The translations under genes were made by a program, and so were the position numbers. Below the pieces are notes generated by a model. That model did not search any database and was not told the origin of the DNA. It worked only from the letters and a program-made list of their open reading frames with translations. A DNA stretch of 61,337 nucleotides, counting the filler, from Chiloscyllium plagiosum (taxonomy: Eukaryota), in assembly GCF_004010195.1 (NCBI RefSeq). It is 5 parts of one record of this genome, joined end to end, with 100 filler letters (N's around TTAATTAATTAA, not from the genome) between each part and the next. Parts side by side here need not be neighbours in the genome. Positions count along the whole stretch, not along the records: positions 23,649 to 36,282 come from NC_057710.1; 4 more parts are not named here. One strand, 5' to 3'. Positions 23,649 to 36,076 of this stretch are shown here, piece after piece (the stretch's first letter is position 1; each line of letters opens with the position of its first letter).

Positions 23649-23903
23649 TGGGGAGTTCCTGGACTGGGGGGGGGGGGAATAGGACAGTGTCGAGGTAGGT
23701 AGAGATGAGTTCAGTGGGGCAGGAGCATGCTGAGACAATGGGTCGGCCAGGGTGGTCAGGCTTGTGGATCTTGGGAAGGAGGTAGAACCGGGCAGTGTGG
23801 GGTTCCCAGACTATGAGGTTGGAAGCTGTGGGTGGGAGATCTCCTGAGGTGATGAGGAGGTGGGAGATCTCCTGAGGTGATGAGGGGTGGGAGATCTCCT
23901 GAG
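23649..23903 (-). mobile_element. Penelope family A RT N-terminal fragment with terminal ~27-bp triplication
   Basis: Near-identical to 37110-37315 ([19 protein letters not shown]). ggtgggagatctcctgag occurs three times at 23831-23903. Confidence 0.88.
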
Positions 23904-23904
23904 A

Positions 23905-24472
23905 ACCATTCCAACCTAGCCAAATACTACCCTATCAGTCTACTCTTGATCATCAGTAAAGTGATGGAAAGGGTCATCAAAAGTGCTAATAAGCAGCAAT
24001 TGCTTAGCAATAGTCTGCTCACTTACACCCAGTTTAGGTTCTGCTCGGGTCACTCAGCTCTTGACCTCATGACAGCCTTGGTTCAAACATGGACAAAGAG
24101 CTGAATTCCAGAAGTGAGGTAAGAGTGATTGGCTGTGACATCAAGGCCACCATTTGACCAAATTTGGCATCAAGAGTCCCCAGTAAAACTAGATTCAATG
24201 GGAATTGGAGGGAACATCTCTCCACTGGTTGCAGTCATACCTGGCACATATGAAGATGAATTTGGTTATCAGAGGTCAACCATCTCAGTTCCAGAGGAAC
24301 TCTGCAGGTGTTCCTCAGGGTAGTGTCTGAGAGCACAACAGCACTGTGGTGGTACTTAAACCAAATGGATTGCAGCTGTTCAAGAACGTGGGACAACACA
24401 CCCTCCTTAAGGGCAACTGGGGAGGGTAAGAAATGCTGGTCCAGACAGTGATGCTCACAAACTCTGAATGAA
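23905..24472 (+). mobile_element. CR1/L2-group LINE (family B), internally deleted
   Basis: [20 protein letters not shown]...SALDLMTALVQTW, followed by the family 3' tail. Confidence 0.75.
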
Positions 24473-25707
24473 AAGGAGAAAGTTGTTTCTTGTTACCCTT
24501 GGAGACACTTGATGTTGCAGTACTTTCACATTGGCTATCATGCTATCGTAAAGTAAGTGATTGAGACTGACTCTCTTTTTCAGAGCAGGCACATTGATTC
24601 AGTCCCTTCCTGATTTACAGTATCTGAAACCAGGTTCATGTCAATAAATACGATGTTGACATTCTTATTCTGTGTGCATGGACTTGGCTTGAATTTTACA
24701 TGTGACAGAGAAGAAATTTTAAGAATTTGGAATGTGAGAAAATTACAAAACTGACTCGTTTAAGCCTTCTTATGATCCCAGCTCCTGTTCCCTCCCATCT
24801 TCCCCTGTTGAGAAAGCAATGTGAACTTTACAGTGAGGCCATCCAATTGAAATTGTAGCCACACCCCATAGACATTCTTGGATGCAACATGCAAATACAA
24901 AGAAGGACCTAACAGCTTTGAGTAAGTGTCCAGACAGTCTTACCAGAGGGCAGTTACAATTCAAAATCATTTATTTCTGAGGGCTCTACATTGATGAAGT
25001 GTTAAAATTCGGTGCTGTTAAGTGCACAAGGGTCTAGCTTCTGCAACATGCATAAAATAACCCCCAGAGCAATTATCTCCTTCTGTACAAGAGGGAAACA
25101 AGTTCTTTACTGTGGATTAACTGCTTGGTATACAAAGCACTTCAAGATGCTCAACAGTAATGCCAGCAAACAGAGGTTTTGCTTTAATTTGTGAGCATTT
25201 CTTCCACCAAAGTCGACCATCATAACACAAAGCTAGTTTATTCTATATAACTGAAACACCATTTAATGAATCAGTGTTTCCATATTCCAATACCCAAAAT
25301 CAAAAGTGCAATCGGTGTGTTCTCAAATGTGCATAGGAAAGCATTTTGCAAGGATTAATCCATTCCTTGCAGCAGCCCATTTCTCACAGGTTACTCCTAT
25401 AAACATCCCGTTGTAGCAGGTTAAGAGAAGGTTTGGCAGAAACCCAAGAGCAGATTTGTTCCAACATCTCCATCAGTCAAGGTACATTGTGTGGGAGCAC
25501 TCAATGAGAAAGCACAGAGGACATTAATGTCCTTTTTAGTCCTGTTGCACATCCACAGGCTGTCTAATATGGCATGGTTAAATTTATCAGATTCATCATT
25601 TGAAACTTTTCCTGCCAGCCCCTCTGATTCCTTCTATCTGTACCATTTTTTAAAAAGATATTTACCAGGCGGTGTTGCTTTTATTTAAAAGGGAAAAACA
25701 CATCGTG

Positions 25708-25818
25708 GAGGAGAAAGTGAGGTCTGCAGATGCTGGAGATCAGAGCTGGAAATGTGTTGCTGGAAAAGCGCAGCAGGTCAGGCAGCATCCAGGGAACAGG
25801 AGAATCGACGTTTCGGGC
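25708..25818 (-). mobile_element. Penelope family A terminal fragment truncated inside the hammerhead motif
   Basis: Almost identical to 26026-26134 and ends at tttcgggc. Confidence 0.88.
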
Positions 25819-26027
25819 TAGTGATTTCATGGTGGAGAATTTTGGGCCATGATTTTAAGAAGTTGGATGGTACATGGTTTTGCCACATGGCATTTCCTGG
25901 TGAGTTTGATTGACTTCCATTAAGAGCAAGTACCTTATTTGATGTTCATTTTGAACTCTTTCCTGTTGCGACTTTAAAGATAAAATTAATTAATTAATTA
26001 GTTAATTGCCTTAACTGCATATTGTGG

Positions 26028-26246
26028 AGAAAGTGAGGTCTGCAGATGCTGGAGATCAGAGCTGGAAATGTGTTGCTGGAAAAGCGCAGCAGGTCAGGCA
26101 GCATCCAGGGAACAGGAGAATCGACATTTCGGGCATAAGCCCTTCTTCAGGAATCCTGAAGAAGGGCTTATGCCCGAAACGTCGATTCTCCTGTTCCCTG
26201 GATGCTGCCTGACCTGCTGCGTTTTTCCAGCAACACATTTCCAGCT
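26028..26246. mobile_element. Penelope family A palindromic mini-element
   Basis: 95-bp inverted arms 26058-26152 and 26154-26248 (2 mismatches, 1-nt centre). 18-bp TSD cttaactgcatattgtgg at 26010-26027 and 26247-26264. Confidence 0.95.
26151..26188 (+). ncRNA. Minimal type I hammerhead ribozyme motif
   Basis: GAATC-CTGAAGA-A-GGGC-TTAT-GCCC-GAAA-CGTC-GATTC: stem I GAAUC/GAUUC, intact core, stem II, palindromic ACGU. Predicted cleavage after C26183; activity not shown. Confidence 0.75.
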
Positions 26247-26864
26247 CTTAACTGCATATTGTGGGCATGCTTCTATTTTTGATGACGTGACTTAAATTTT
26301 CCTTTGGCAATTTTCCTGAAGCCTAAATTTGATAATAATGATTCATTTATTGAGGAGTCTGCTTTTAAGTCAGGCTGCAATGATACATAGAGGTCATCTG
26401 TTGGAGTTAGAAATTGATCAGATTATATGGGGAGAAGGACACTGTTAGTGAAGAAAGGTATAATGGATCTAAAGCAAGTCTAAGCAAAATATGATCCTAC
26501 AGATCATGATCTTTAACAACAGCCTTGGAATTAGACAAGGGAAAATACCTTCTAAATATTTGTTTGCAGTTTTTCTTCATCTTCTAATGGAAATGGAAAA
26601 CCCAGTTGAAAACGTTTAATGAAGAGAGCAAGATTTCATGCAAATTCATGAGGTTGGCCCACCATTGCATTCCACAATATAATGTCATTCTCTCTTTCTA
26701 GAAAATGATAGTGTAATATTTAAATGGAACTTTAAGAAGAGGCTCTCATGATGCCAGGCTTCATCCTCCAGAAACACAAGTTGGAAGCATTCTGTCTGTG
26801 CTTGGCTCTAGCAATTCTTTATATCCAAGTACAATGACAGGACATAAAAAACCCCAAAAGAAAT

Positions 26865-28035
26865 GCAGATGCTAAAAATCTGAAGCAAAAACAGAAATTG
26901 CTGGAAAATCTTAGCAGGTCTGGCAGCATCTGTGGAGAAAAATCAGAGTTAATGTTTCAGATCCAATGACTCTCTTTCAGAACTGATGGTAAAAAAAACA
27001 GAGATGTTGGAGGGGGGTAGTGGGAGCGGAGGTGTGGAGAGGAGTGAATGATTGGCGGAGTCAGAGCCCCCCAAAAAAAGAAAAGCAGTTGGACAAAGGA
27101 ATGGATAAGCACCAGCCTGGGAGATTGAATGGGGTCTATTAGAAGTTGACAATGGGTAGTGTGTGTCAGAAGCCCATGTGATAACAAGGCCTGGTGTTTG
27201 AGGGTGGGGGAAAGCATGGGGAAAGGTGCTCAAGCCCTATAATTCTTGAATCTGATATTAATTCCAGAAGGCTGTAGGATACCCAAGTGAGAAATGAGGT
27301 GCTGATCTTCCAACTTGCTCTTTGCTTCGTTGGAGCACTACAACAAGTCTGAGATAAAGATGTTGGACAGGCAACAGGGTGGTGCATTGAAATGGCAGGC
27401 AACTGGAAGCTCAGGGTCTTTCAGTGGACACATCATAGGTGGCCTGTGAAGCCGTCACTCAGCCTACCCTTTGTTTTCCCAACGTAGAGAAGACTACATT
27501 GTGAACAGTGAAGACAAGATTGAGTAAAGTGCAGGTAAAGCGTTGCCTCAACTGGAAGATATATTTGGGCCCTTGGATACTGAAGAGGGAGGAAATAAAT
27601 GGGTAGGTGTTACACCTCCTGTGGTTGCAGTGAAAGGTGCTATGGGTATGTGGGAGAATATTGGGAATGATGGTGGAGTAGACTAGGGAGTCCCAGAAGG
27701 AAGGCTGACGGGGGTGGAGGGGGACTATATATCTGCTGATGGCATCCCACTGGAGGTGACGAGAATGGTGTCGAATGATCCACTGAATGTGAATGTCAAT
27801 AGAGTGGTAGGTGAGGACAAGGGGACCTGATTGTGTTGGGGGGGGGGGGAGAGGGAGTCAGGGTCAAAGTGCAAGAGATGGGTTGAACCTGTCTAAGGGG
27901 CTGTGTCAACTTCAGTGCTGGGGTATCCTTGGTTGAAGAAGAAGGTGGACAATTCGGCGGCTTCCTTGTTAAGGTGGCATTGCTAGAACACAGATGTGAT
28001 GGAGATGGAGTAACTGGGAGAATGGAATAGACTCT
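26865..28035 (-). mobile_element. Penelope-like element family C, degenerate GIY-YIG region and 3' terminal repeat
   Basis: Minus strand translates CSQCSLLYVGKTKGRLSDGFTGHL near 27435-27510. Terminal repeat has a hammerhead remnant at about 26945-26985. Confidence 0.8.
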
Positions 28036-28124
28036 TTGCTGGTTAGGACAATGACATGGATATGCAGTGTGTCAGCTAAAATTCAAATCAAAAAGTAAGT
28101 TGCTTTATTTTTTATTTTCCGACT

Positions 28125-28815
28125 AGATATCTTAAACTAATCTAGTCCCATTTGCCAGCACTTTGGCCCATATCCCTCTAAACCCTTCCTATTCATATAC
28201 CCATAAGTAAATTTGCAGATACCTTTTAAATGTTGCAATTGTACCAGCCTCCACCACTTTCTCAGGCACATCATTCCATACATACGCCCACCTCTATGTA
28301 AAAAGGTTGCCCGTTAGGTCCCTTTTATATCTTTCCCCTCTCACCCTAAACCCATGCCGTCTAGTTCTGGACTCCCCCAACCCAGGAAAAAGACTTTGTT
28401 ATTTATCCTATCCATGCCCCTCATGATTTTATAAACCTCTATAAGGTCACCCCTCAACCTCTGATGCTCCAGGGAAAACAGCCCCAGCCTGTTCAGCCTC
28501 TCCCTCGAGCTCAAATCCTCCAACCCTGCAACATCCTTGTAAATCTTTGCTGAACCCTTCCAAGTTTCACAACATCCTTCCGATGGGAAGGAGACCAGAA
28601 TTGCATACAATATTCTAACAGTAGCCTAACCAATGTCCTGTACAGCTGCAACATGACCTCCCAACTCCAATAGTCAATGCTCTGACCAATAAAGGAAAGC
28701 ATACCAAATGCCTTCTTCACTATCCTATCTACTTGCGACTCTACTTTCAAGGAACTATGAACCTGCACTCCAAGGTCTCTTTATTCAGCAACACTCCCTA
28801 GGACCTTCCCACTAA
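28125..28815 (-). mobile_element. CR1 (HER1-like) 3' fragment
   Basis: ORFs 28341-28768 carry CR1 C-terminal motifs. Confidence 0.9.
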
Positions 28816-30548
28816 GAATGGGATGTGGGTATCACTGGCTGGGCCAACATTTATTGCCCGTCCCAGTTGCCCTTGAGAAGGTGGTGGTGAGCTGCCTTCT
28901 AGAACTGCTGCAGTCCACCTGCTGTGGGTTGACCCACAATGCCATTAGGGAGGGATTTCCAGAATTTGGACCCAACGACAGTGAAGGAAACATGATATAT
29001 TTCTAATTCAGGATGGTGAGTGGCTTAGAGGGGAGCTTGAAGGTGGTCCCACATATCTGCTGCTTTTGTCCTTCAGATGGACGTGGTCATGGGTTTGGAA
29101 GATGATGTCTGAGAATCTTTGGTGAATTTATGTACTATTTTGTAGATAGTACATGCTGCTGGTACTGAGTGTCGGTGGTGGAGGGAATGGATGATGGTGA
29201 ATGTAATGACAAGCAAGCGGGCTGCTTTGATTTGGATGGTGTCAAACTTTCTGAGTGTTGTTGGAGCTGCACGAATCCAGGCAAGTGCGGAGTATTCCAT
29301 CCCATCCTAACTTGTATCTTATAGATGATTGACAGGCTTTGGGGAGTCAGGAGGTGAGTTACTCGTCACAGTATTCCTAGCCTCTGACCTGCTCTTGTAG
29401 TCACTATGTTTATTTGATGAGTCCAGTTCAGTTTCTGGTCAATGATAAGCCCCAGGATGATGATAGTGGGGGATTCACTGATAGTAACATCGTTGAACGT
29501 CAAGGGATGGTAGTTAGATTGTTTCTTACTCGTGATGGCCATAACCTCACATTTGTGTGGTACGAATGTTACTTGCCACTTGTCAGCCCAAGCCTGAATA
29601 TTGTCTGGATCTTTTTGCATTTGAACATGTACTGCTTCAGTATCTGAGGAGTTGTGAATAGTGCTGAACATTGCACAATCATTGGAGAATATCCTCATTT
29701 CTGACCTTCCAATGAGGGAAGGTCACTAACTTGAAACGTCGATTCTCCTGTTCCCTGGATGCTGCCTGACCTGCTGTGCTTTTCCAGCAACACATTTTCA
29801 GCCAAGGTCACTAACTAAGCAGCTGAAGATGGTTGGACCAACCCTGAGGAACCCTCCCCTGCAGGGATGTCCTGAAGCTGAGATGACTGTCCTCCAAAGA
29901 CAATGACCATCTTCCTATGTGTCATGTGTAACTCCAACCACTGGAGAGTTTGCCCCCTGATACCCATTGATTCCAGTCTTGCTAGGGCTCCATGATACCA
30001 CACTCTGTTGAATGCAGCCTTAATATTAAGGGCTGTCACTCCCACCTCACCTCTGGAATTCAGTTCTGTTGTCCATGTTTGAACCAAGGCCATAATGAGG
30101 TCAGGAGCTGAGTGGCCCTAGCAGAACCCAAATTGGGCATCACTGAGCAGATGCTGCTTGATAACACTGTTGATGACACCTTCCATTACTTTACTGATGA
30201 TTGGGAGGAGATAGAGTGACGGTAATTGGCTGGGTTAGATTTGTCCTGCTGTTTGTTTACAGGTGATACCTGAGCAATTTTCCACATTATTGGATTGTGT
30301 TGTAACAGCTTGGCTAGGAGCACAGCATGTTCTGGATTACAAGTCTTTAGTACTATCGCCAGATTGTTGTCAGGGCCCATGGCCTTTTCAGTATCCAGTG
30401 TCTCCAACCATTTGTTGATATTATGTGGAGTAAACCGAATTGGCTGAAGACTGATATCTGTGATGTTGGGGACCTCTGGAGGAGGTTGAGATGAATCATG
30501 CACTTGGTACGTCTGACTGAAGATTGCTGCAAATGCTTCAGCCAGATA
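28816..30548 (-). mobile_element. CR1/L2-group LINE (family B), 3' 1.7 kb with RT
   Basis: KAMGPDN, WKIAQVSPVNK...SNPANYR, LNIKAAFNRVWY, WADKWQVTFVPHKC and MEYSALAW. Confidence 0.88.
29732..29803 (+). mobile_element. 72-bp Penelope family A mini-insertion
   Basis: 13-bp TSD aaggtcactaact at 29719-29731 and 29804-29816. Begins at the GAAACGTC of the hammerhead. Confidence 0.88.
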
Positions 30549-30662
30549 CTTCATAGGAAGCAAAAAGGAGGGCAGAATTCTTTAAGAAATTATGCTGAAT
30601 TGTTTAGGATATGTTATCGTGATTTGGCAATAACTTCAATGCTGGTTGGTTTGCCTTTCCTT

Positions 30663-31530
30663 CATAGAACATAGAACATAGAATATAGAAAAATACAACG
30701 CAGTACAGGCCCTTTGGCCCTCGATGTTGCGCCGATCCAAGCCCACCTAACCTACACTAGCCCACTATCCTCCATATGCCTATCCAATGCCCGTTTAAAT
30801 GCCCATAAAGAGGGAGAGTCCACCACTGCTACTGGCAGGGCATTCCATGAACTCACGACTCGCTGAGTAAAGAATCTACCCCTAACATCTGTCCTATACC
30901 TACCACCCCTTAATTTAAAGCTATGCCTCCTCGTAATAGTTGACTCCATACGTGGAAAAAGGTTCTCATGGTCAACCCTATCTAAACCCCTAATCATCTT
31001 GTACACCTCTATCAAGTCACCCCTAAACCTTCTTTTCTCCAATGAAAACAGCCCCAAGTGCCTCAGCCTTTCCTCATACGATCTTCCTACCATACCAGGC
31101 AACATCCTGGTAAACCTCCTCTGCACCCGTTCCAGTGCCTCCACATCCTTCCTATAGTATGGCGACCAAAACTGCACACAACATTCCAGATGTGGCCGTA
31201 CCAGAGTCTTATACAACTGCAACATGACCTCAGGGCTCCGGAACTCAATTCCTCTACCAATAAAAGCCAGTACGCCATATGCTTTCATTACCGCACTATT
31301 AACCTGGTTGGCAACTTTCAGAGATCTGTGTACATGGACACCAAGATCCCTCTGCTCATCCACACTACCAAGTATCCGACCATTAGCCCAGTACCCCGTC
31401 TTTTTGTTACTCTTACCAAAGTGAATCACCTCACACTTACCTACATTGAACTCCATTTGCCACCTTTCTGCCCAGCTCTGCAACTTATCTATGTCCCGCT
31501 GTAACCTGACACATCCTTCCTCACTGTCAC
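30663..31530 (-). mobile_element. Young 5'-truncated CR1 LINE with CATAGAA-repeat tail
   Basis: Uninterrupted 243-aa ORF2 C-terminus (30752-31483) with many CpGs retained. Confidence 0.95.
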
Positions 31531-31956
31531 TTCAGTGTAGATGGGTCAACATGCAGCAACACTGAGACTCTCTCCTTAACAGCATTGTGGGTCAACATAC
31601 AGCAAAAAGACTGTAGCAGTTCAAGAAGGCAGTTCATCTTGCCCTTCTCAAAGAAACTAGAGATTGGCAATAAATGCTGGCCCAGGCCATGAAGGTCAGA
31701 TCAAATGAATGAGTGACGAAAACCCTGATAAACTAAACTGCAGCCTGAGTGCACTAATGGTGACTGAGCTTCTGAATGTTTCAGATGGTGGATGCAGTAT
31801 CAATTAAATCTATCTTGACCTGGATGGGGCTGAGCTTCAGAAGCTCTCATGCAAGCAATTGGAAATTACTCTGTCACTCTCCTAACTTATGCTAAACAAT
31901 GGAAATGCTTTGGGAGTTTAGTTATTTACAACAGAACACTTTACTTGTTTGGGGAC

Positions 31957-31962
31957 ATATAT

Positions 31963-32007
<45 letters not shown>
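31957..32007. repeat. (CA)n(TA)n compound microsatellite
   Basis: Direct reading of the sequence. Confidence 0.95.
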
Positions 32008-32009
<2 letters not shown>

Positions 32010-33699
32010 TCTATCTTTGTAATCGATTTGAAACCAGCCAGTGAAGAGCTTTCACCCGATACCCATGAACTTCATGGTGTTGCTTGAAACAACACTTGGT
32101 CGACCGCTGCCTTCATTTTAAGGCAGTTACTTTTATCTTACTTTTGGAATTTAGGTGTTCTGTCCATGTTGCTGACTAAGGCAATACTGAGCTCTAGAAT
32201 TGGGTGGTGTTGGAAGAACTCAGGCTGAAAGTAGGTGAACTGGTTATTGCAACATTTATGGATTGATTCTGGTAACCACAATTTTCTGCTGTTGATATTG
32301 CAGAGCCTCTCAGGGACGTTCAGTTTGCAGCTACTCCGTTCAGTCAGATGTCGTGCTTTGAGCTACGTTTTGTAATGAATGTGGAAGTTCTCGACCCTCA
32401 TTCTATGCCCTTGCTTCAGGTATAACACATCCACGTCTTGATAAATGGTAAAGTGAACTTGATTGAATTTTTAAAGAGGAGCATTAAAAATTTAGTATAT
32501 CAGTTTGCAATGCTGCCCAAATTTCTGCAAGCTATGCAAAATTATTCTTCATAGTAAATGTCAGATTCAGGAAGTGAAGTAAAACACCTTAGCTTTCTGT
32601 GATGACCCTTTAGATGAGAGAATAATATGAAGGGAGAGAATATAAAATCTAAAAGATATAATATCCTGAAGAGATGTAAAGTAGGCTTCTGATTCGCTAT
32701 CATCTGCCTTACCCTGTTGCATAAATTCAAAGTCTAACTTTGTGACTCACAATAGAAACAAAAAGCAGGAATTATAGATTGTTAACTAATGTACTACTTT
32801 GTCAGTAGGTGTGTAGACTAAGAAAAATAAGTGGATAAATTAGTGTCATTCAATTGCATTGAAATATTTGCCCCCCCACTCCCACCAATGCTAAGGTTTC
32901 GAACACAGGTAGAATTTGTGCTTTTCTTTACTCCAAAATGGCTTCCTCACCATGTGTACACACTCCAACGTGACCAGTGCTGCTGAATGCCATTTTTGTG
33001 CACTGGAATTTATCTGCTGATTTGCAGAGTGGATGGGGGTGGGCAAATCATGATGATTATCAATATATAATGCTGATTTGACTCCAGTGCAGCCTGTTCT
33101 GATCTCATTGCTGTAGCTAACATCCTCTCTTAGCTGAACAACTGAACACACAATCAGCAGGTGAAAGGCCACTTTTCTCATCCAGAAGAACTGTCTGAGG
33201 GAATTATCAATAACTTGCAGCTTAGTTACTTCTCTGTTTGCATCCATAAAGGAACTGAGTGTTTTGAGGTGTGGGTGTCAGTTGGTAACAAGTACAGGGA
33301 ATGGTGTGGCACATGTGTTGGATCTTCGGTGTGACTACGAGAGCTGCTTGCGGCTATGAAAGTGAAGATGGTCTTGACATTTCTTTGAATCAGGATTCTT
33401 CCAAATTGATGGATCTGAATATATAAAATTTCCCAGGTCATTGTCTACTGCTGTCTCAGAGTTAGCAGGTAGGTTTTTGTGCTGGGAAAGGAGATAGTAT
33501 TCCCTTTGAGTATGGTGAATTTGGTAGACCATACACATGGAAACAGACTTTCCGACAAGGGAATAGATTTAGCCATTTCCAGGACACCATTGGTTCTATC
33601 ATGTCTGTGCTGGCTCTCAACTAATGATAGGAGTAGGTGAGGTGATGACCCTACTTAAGGCAGTCATTGCTGAGAGGAACAGGCAAGGAAAGGACCCTT

Positions 33700-36072
33700 G
33701 CAGAGAAGCAGGCAGACAGGTGGGGTACCAGAATAGGACTTGGTAAATAAGATGAGGATTTTTTTTGACTATACCCAAGTAAGAGTTAAGGGTAAAATTA
33801 AAGCAAGGGATCATATTCTGTTTAGTAAAGGGATGCATGGGGACATCAGACTCTATGTGGGTGACCCTAGATGTTGCTAACAGTCTGGATGACCTCATGG
33901 GTACGGGAGGAGCCTCTGGCCTGAACAACATGAGCTCCAGGTTGTTGAACTTGAATGGTAGCCAGGGGCACTACAGTGTATCACGAGGCTGACAGATTTG
34001 TGGCTCGTACATTCAGAATGCGGTCACCCTAGAGCTTAAGAAAGTTCAGGCAGAGAGAGGTTAGGTGACCCCCAGAAAGAAGAATGGGACCAGGTCAGTA
34101 ATGATCTAGTGCATTTCACAGGCAAATAAGGTTTTGGCCTTAGGAAATGGTGAGAGTGATGGTGGCCAGCCAGAGCCAAAGCTATGGGCACTGTGGGTAG
34201 TTGAGCTGCAATAGTGCTAGGGGTTTAATTAGGAAATGAAATAGGTAGATCCTTTTGCAGCCATAGATATGACTTTGGGATGTATATTCCAGGGTCAACA
34301 CCGAGAGATGCGGGGCATTCTGAAGTGGAATGTGAACAGCTAAAGGTCATGGTGAATGTTGAGCATAGGAATAAAGAGAAATGAGGTCTTGCAAACAGAT
34401 TTTGAGTTATTTGGTAGGAAATTACAATGCAGGACTTTACAGGTGGTAGTCTCTAGACTAGTCACAATGCCATGCAATAGTGAGTACCGGAATAGAAGGA
34501 TAGAACAGATGAATGCATGATGAGAAAGATGATGCAGAAGGAAAAGGCTTTAGAATTCTGTGGCTTTTGGAATATTTCTGAGGATGTGGCAACTGTATAA
34601 ATTGTTTGGATTAGAGTGGAACAGGGAAAGGGACTAACACCCTCAGGTGGCAGCTGAAGGCACAAAGACGCTTTTGGGAGTATGATATCAGAGCTATGAC
34701 TGAGCTATGACTGAGAGATGAGCAGGAACATCAGCTCAACATTCTTGGTTATGAGGGCATTCAGATGAAATAGAGTGAGGAATGAAGCCGTGATGGAGTC
34801 ACAATATTGATCAAGGAACCAATTAGAATAATGAAGAGGGACAATATCTTGGAAAATCATCAAATGATGCCATATGGGTTGAAGTGAAGAAAAACATATA
34901 GAGACTCAAAGAGGCTGGGAGGTGTGTCATATAGGACCCCAAATAGTCATTCAGGCAAGGAGAGAAGTGGTTCAAATATCAAATTTCAGTGAGGCATAAG
35001 AATAATGAAGCTGTAACGAGGAGATTTTAACTACTCAAATATTAACTGGGATAGTTTTAGTGTGCAAAGGAGGGAGGGAACAAAGTTCTTAAATTGCATC
35101 TGGAAAAAATATATTTGGCCAATGTTTTTGTAGAAAGTTCAACAAGGGAAGGGGTGGTTCTGTGCCCAATGTTTGCAATGAGTCTGAAGGGTTAAAAGGC
35201 ACGTCGGTAGAGAAGCGTTTTGGAAATTGTAACCACACTCAGACATAGGGTAGTTATGGCAAAAGATAAGACTGAGCTGGGAATAAAAGTTCTAAACTGG
35301 GGAATGGTTAATCTTATTAAGATAAAATATGATTTGACCCAAGTGGACTGGGAATAAGTACTTACAGACAAATTATATCTGAACAGTGGAAAGCATTCAA
35401 GGAATAACTAACGAAAATATAGGGTAAATATATTCCCGCATTGACAAATGGTGAGACTACGCCTGGAGAACCTGGATGTCAAGGGACATAAAGGTCAGGA
35501 TAAAGGGAAAAAAGAGAAGCTGATGGCAGATACTAATGGCTCAGTATAGCCGAATCCCCACAGGAGTGCTGGGGGACATTGAAAAGAAAATTTGGAGAGT
35601 GCATGAGAAAGTATTGGTGGGTGGAATAAAGAAATATCTGAAGCGATTTTTAAAAATATACAAAGAGCTGTAGAATAATTAGGAAGGAGTGGAGCCCATT
35701 ATGTTCCATTGAGGCAATCTGTGTGTGGACCCAGAAGACATGGGCTAGGTCCTCAATGAATACTTTGCATCAGAACTTGTAACGGAAATGGATGATGCAG
35801 GTATAGACATCATGAAATATAAGAAGAAATTAACAGAGAGTGAGAGAGAGAAGAGATTTCTGGTGGGTTTAGCAGTCTTATAAGTCGAAAAAATTACAGA
35901 CCTGGAGTGAGATGAATCCCAGATTGTGAGGGAGGCAAGGGATGAGATGTCAGTAGTCCTGACAGTAAATTTCATGACCTCTCTGGTCCCAAATGGGAAG
36001 CTGCTGGAGGACTGCCAATGTTGGCTCTTTCATATGAAATGGGAATAAGGATGGAGAGTGAAATTACAGGCC
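33700..36072 (+). mobile_element. Old CR1 LINE 5' half (ORF1 remnant, APE, start of RT)
   Basis: Degenerate YRTPNS (~34930), GDFNYSNINWD (~35020), vlNEYFAS (~35755) and ENYRP (~36060). Confidence 0.7.
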
Positions 36073-36076
36073 AGAA

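Noticed and set aside
23831..23903. ~27-bp direct repeats as a CRISPR-like array
   Set aside because: Tandem copies without unique spacers, derived from Penelope RT sequence in a vertebrate context with no cas genes.
26024..26295. Near-identical ORFs on both strands (MCCWKSAAGQAASREQ...)
   Set aside because: A consequence of the DNA palindrome; no evidence of coding function.
30752..31483. Intact 243-aa ORF as a domesticated gene
   Set aside because: It is the C-terminus of a young 5'-truncated CR1 with a normal repeat tail.
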